Shown piece by piece: positions 63,570 through 64,000 of a DNA stretch of 64,000 nucleotides. Position 1 is the first letter of the stretch. Each line of letters begins with the position of its first letter. This DNA comes from Takakia lepidozioides. Its lineage: Eukaryota; Plantae; Bryophyta. The translations under genes were made by a program, and so were the position numbers. The notes beneath the pieces are model-generated. The model did not search any database and was not told the origin of the DNA. It worked only from the letters and a program-made list of their open reading frames with translations. The DNA is taken from positions 56,792,001 to 56,856,000 of the forward strand of contig CM060731.1 of NCBI GenBank assembly GCA_030704615.1, read 5' to 3'.

Positions 63570-64000
63570 TAGCCAAGTGTAATTATGGGCTGACTTCCCA
63601 CCTATGCTGTAGACCCCACTACCATTTCCTATTTGCCCTCAACAGTACACTGGAAATGGTGGATGAACTGAGTAGCTACACAGATCAATGAATGAAGTAA
63701 GACAATCCCACCATCCTACCTTTCCATAAAAACATCGATTCACCAATAATCCCCGCAAGAACAAACCCCATCTTCGAAGTGATGAAAGTGGTTAGCTTCC
63801 CTGCTCGACCAACAATCCTTGAGGTGAACTTGGTGTAAGTGTGGCAGTCACCACATACCCGGAGATTCTTGATGGGAGAGGAGTCCAAGGGGACGTGCTG
63901 ATCAGCCCAAAACCAATGGCCAGCCTATCTCTGTGGTGGCCAAGAGAAAAACCTTTTGCTCCTCCCCCACATCATGCAATACAAAGCGTGTGTTAGGCAC
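63570..64000 (-). pseudogene. 3' end of a paralogous DYW-PPR gene with deletions; continues off the right edge
   Basis: IKNLRVCGDCHT; DNA homologous to 39790-40250 including the 3' flank, with frameshifting deletions. Confidence 0.9.

Overview
Repeat-rich nuclear DNA of a land plant, probably seed-free (inferred from a PLS-DYW PPR gene, a BK-type K+ channel and a Crinkler-like gene occurring together). The window is a mosaic of nested, mostly decayed transposons: two CACTA pieces, a Ty3/gypsy remnant, two different MULE-type DDE/SWIM transposases with a Ulp1 protease, LINEs, a Penelope-like RT and two arrays of hairpin repeats. Damaged host genes lie between them: a BK channel split by ~25 kb of insertions, NADK2, primase and PPR fragments. 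The main discovery is at 39974-45038 (minus strand): an intact PLS-E-DYW editing-factor ORF preceded by four intron-split PDF motifs of the organellar ssDNA-binding OSB family, suggesting a PDF-PPR-DYW fusion family with further relics in the window. Other notable items are a ParB-like gene beside a 117-bp palindrome array, a CACTA element carrying an FCP1/NIF phosphatase domain, and a Crinkler-like NTPase-REase gene. All calls come from motif recognition and manual splicing; no database searches were run.
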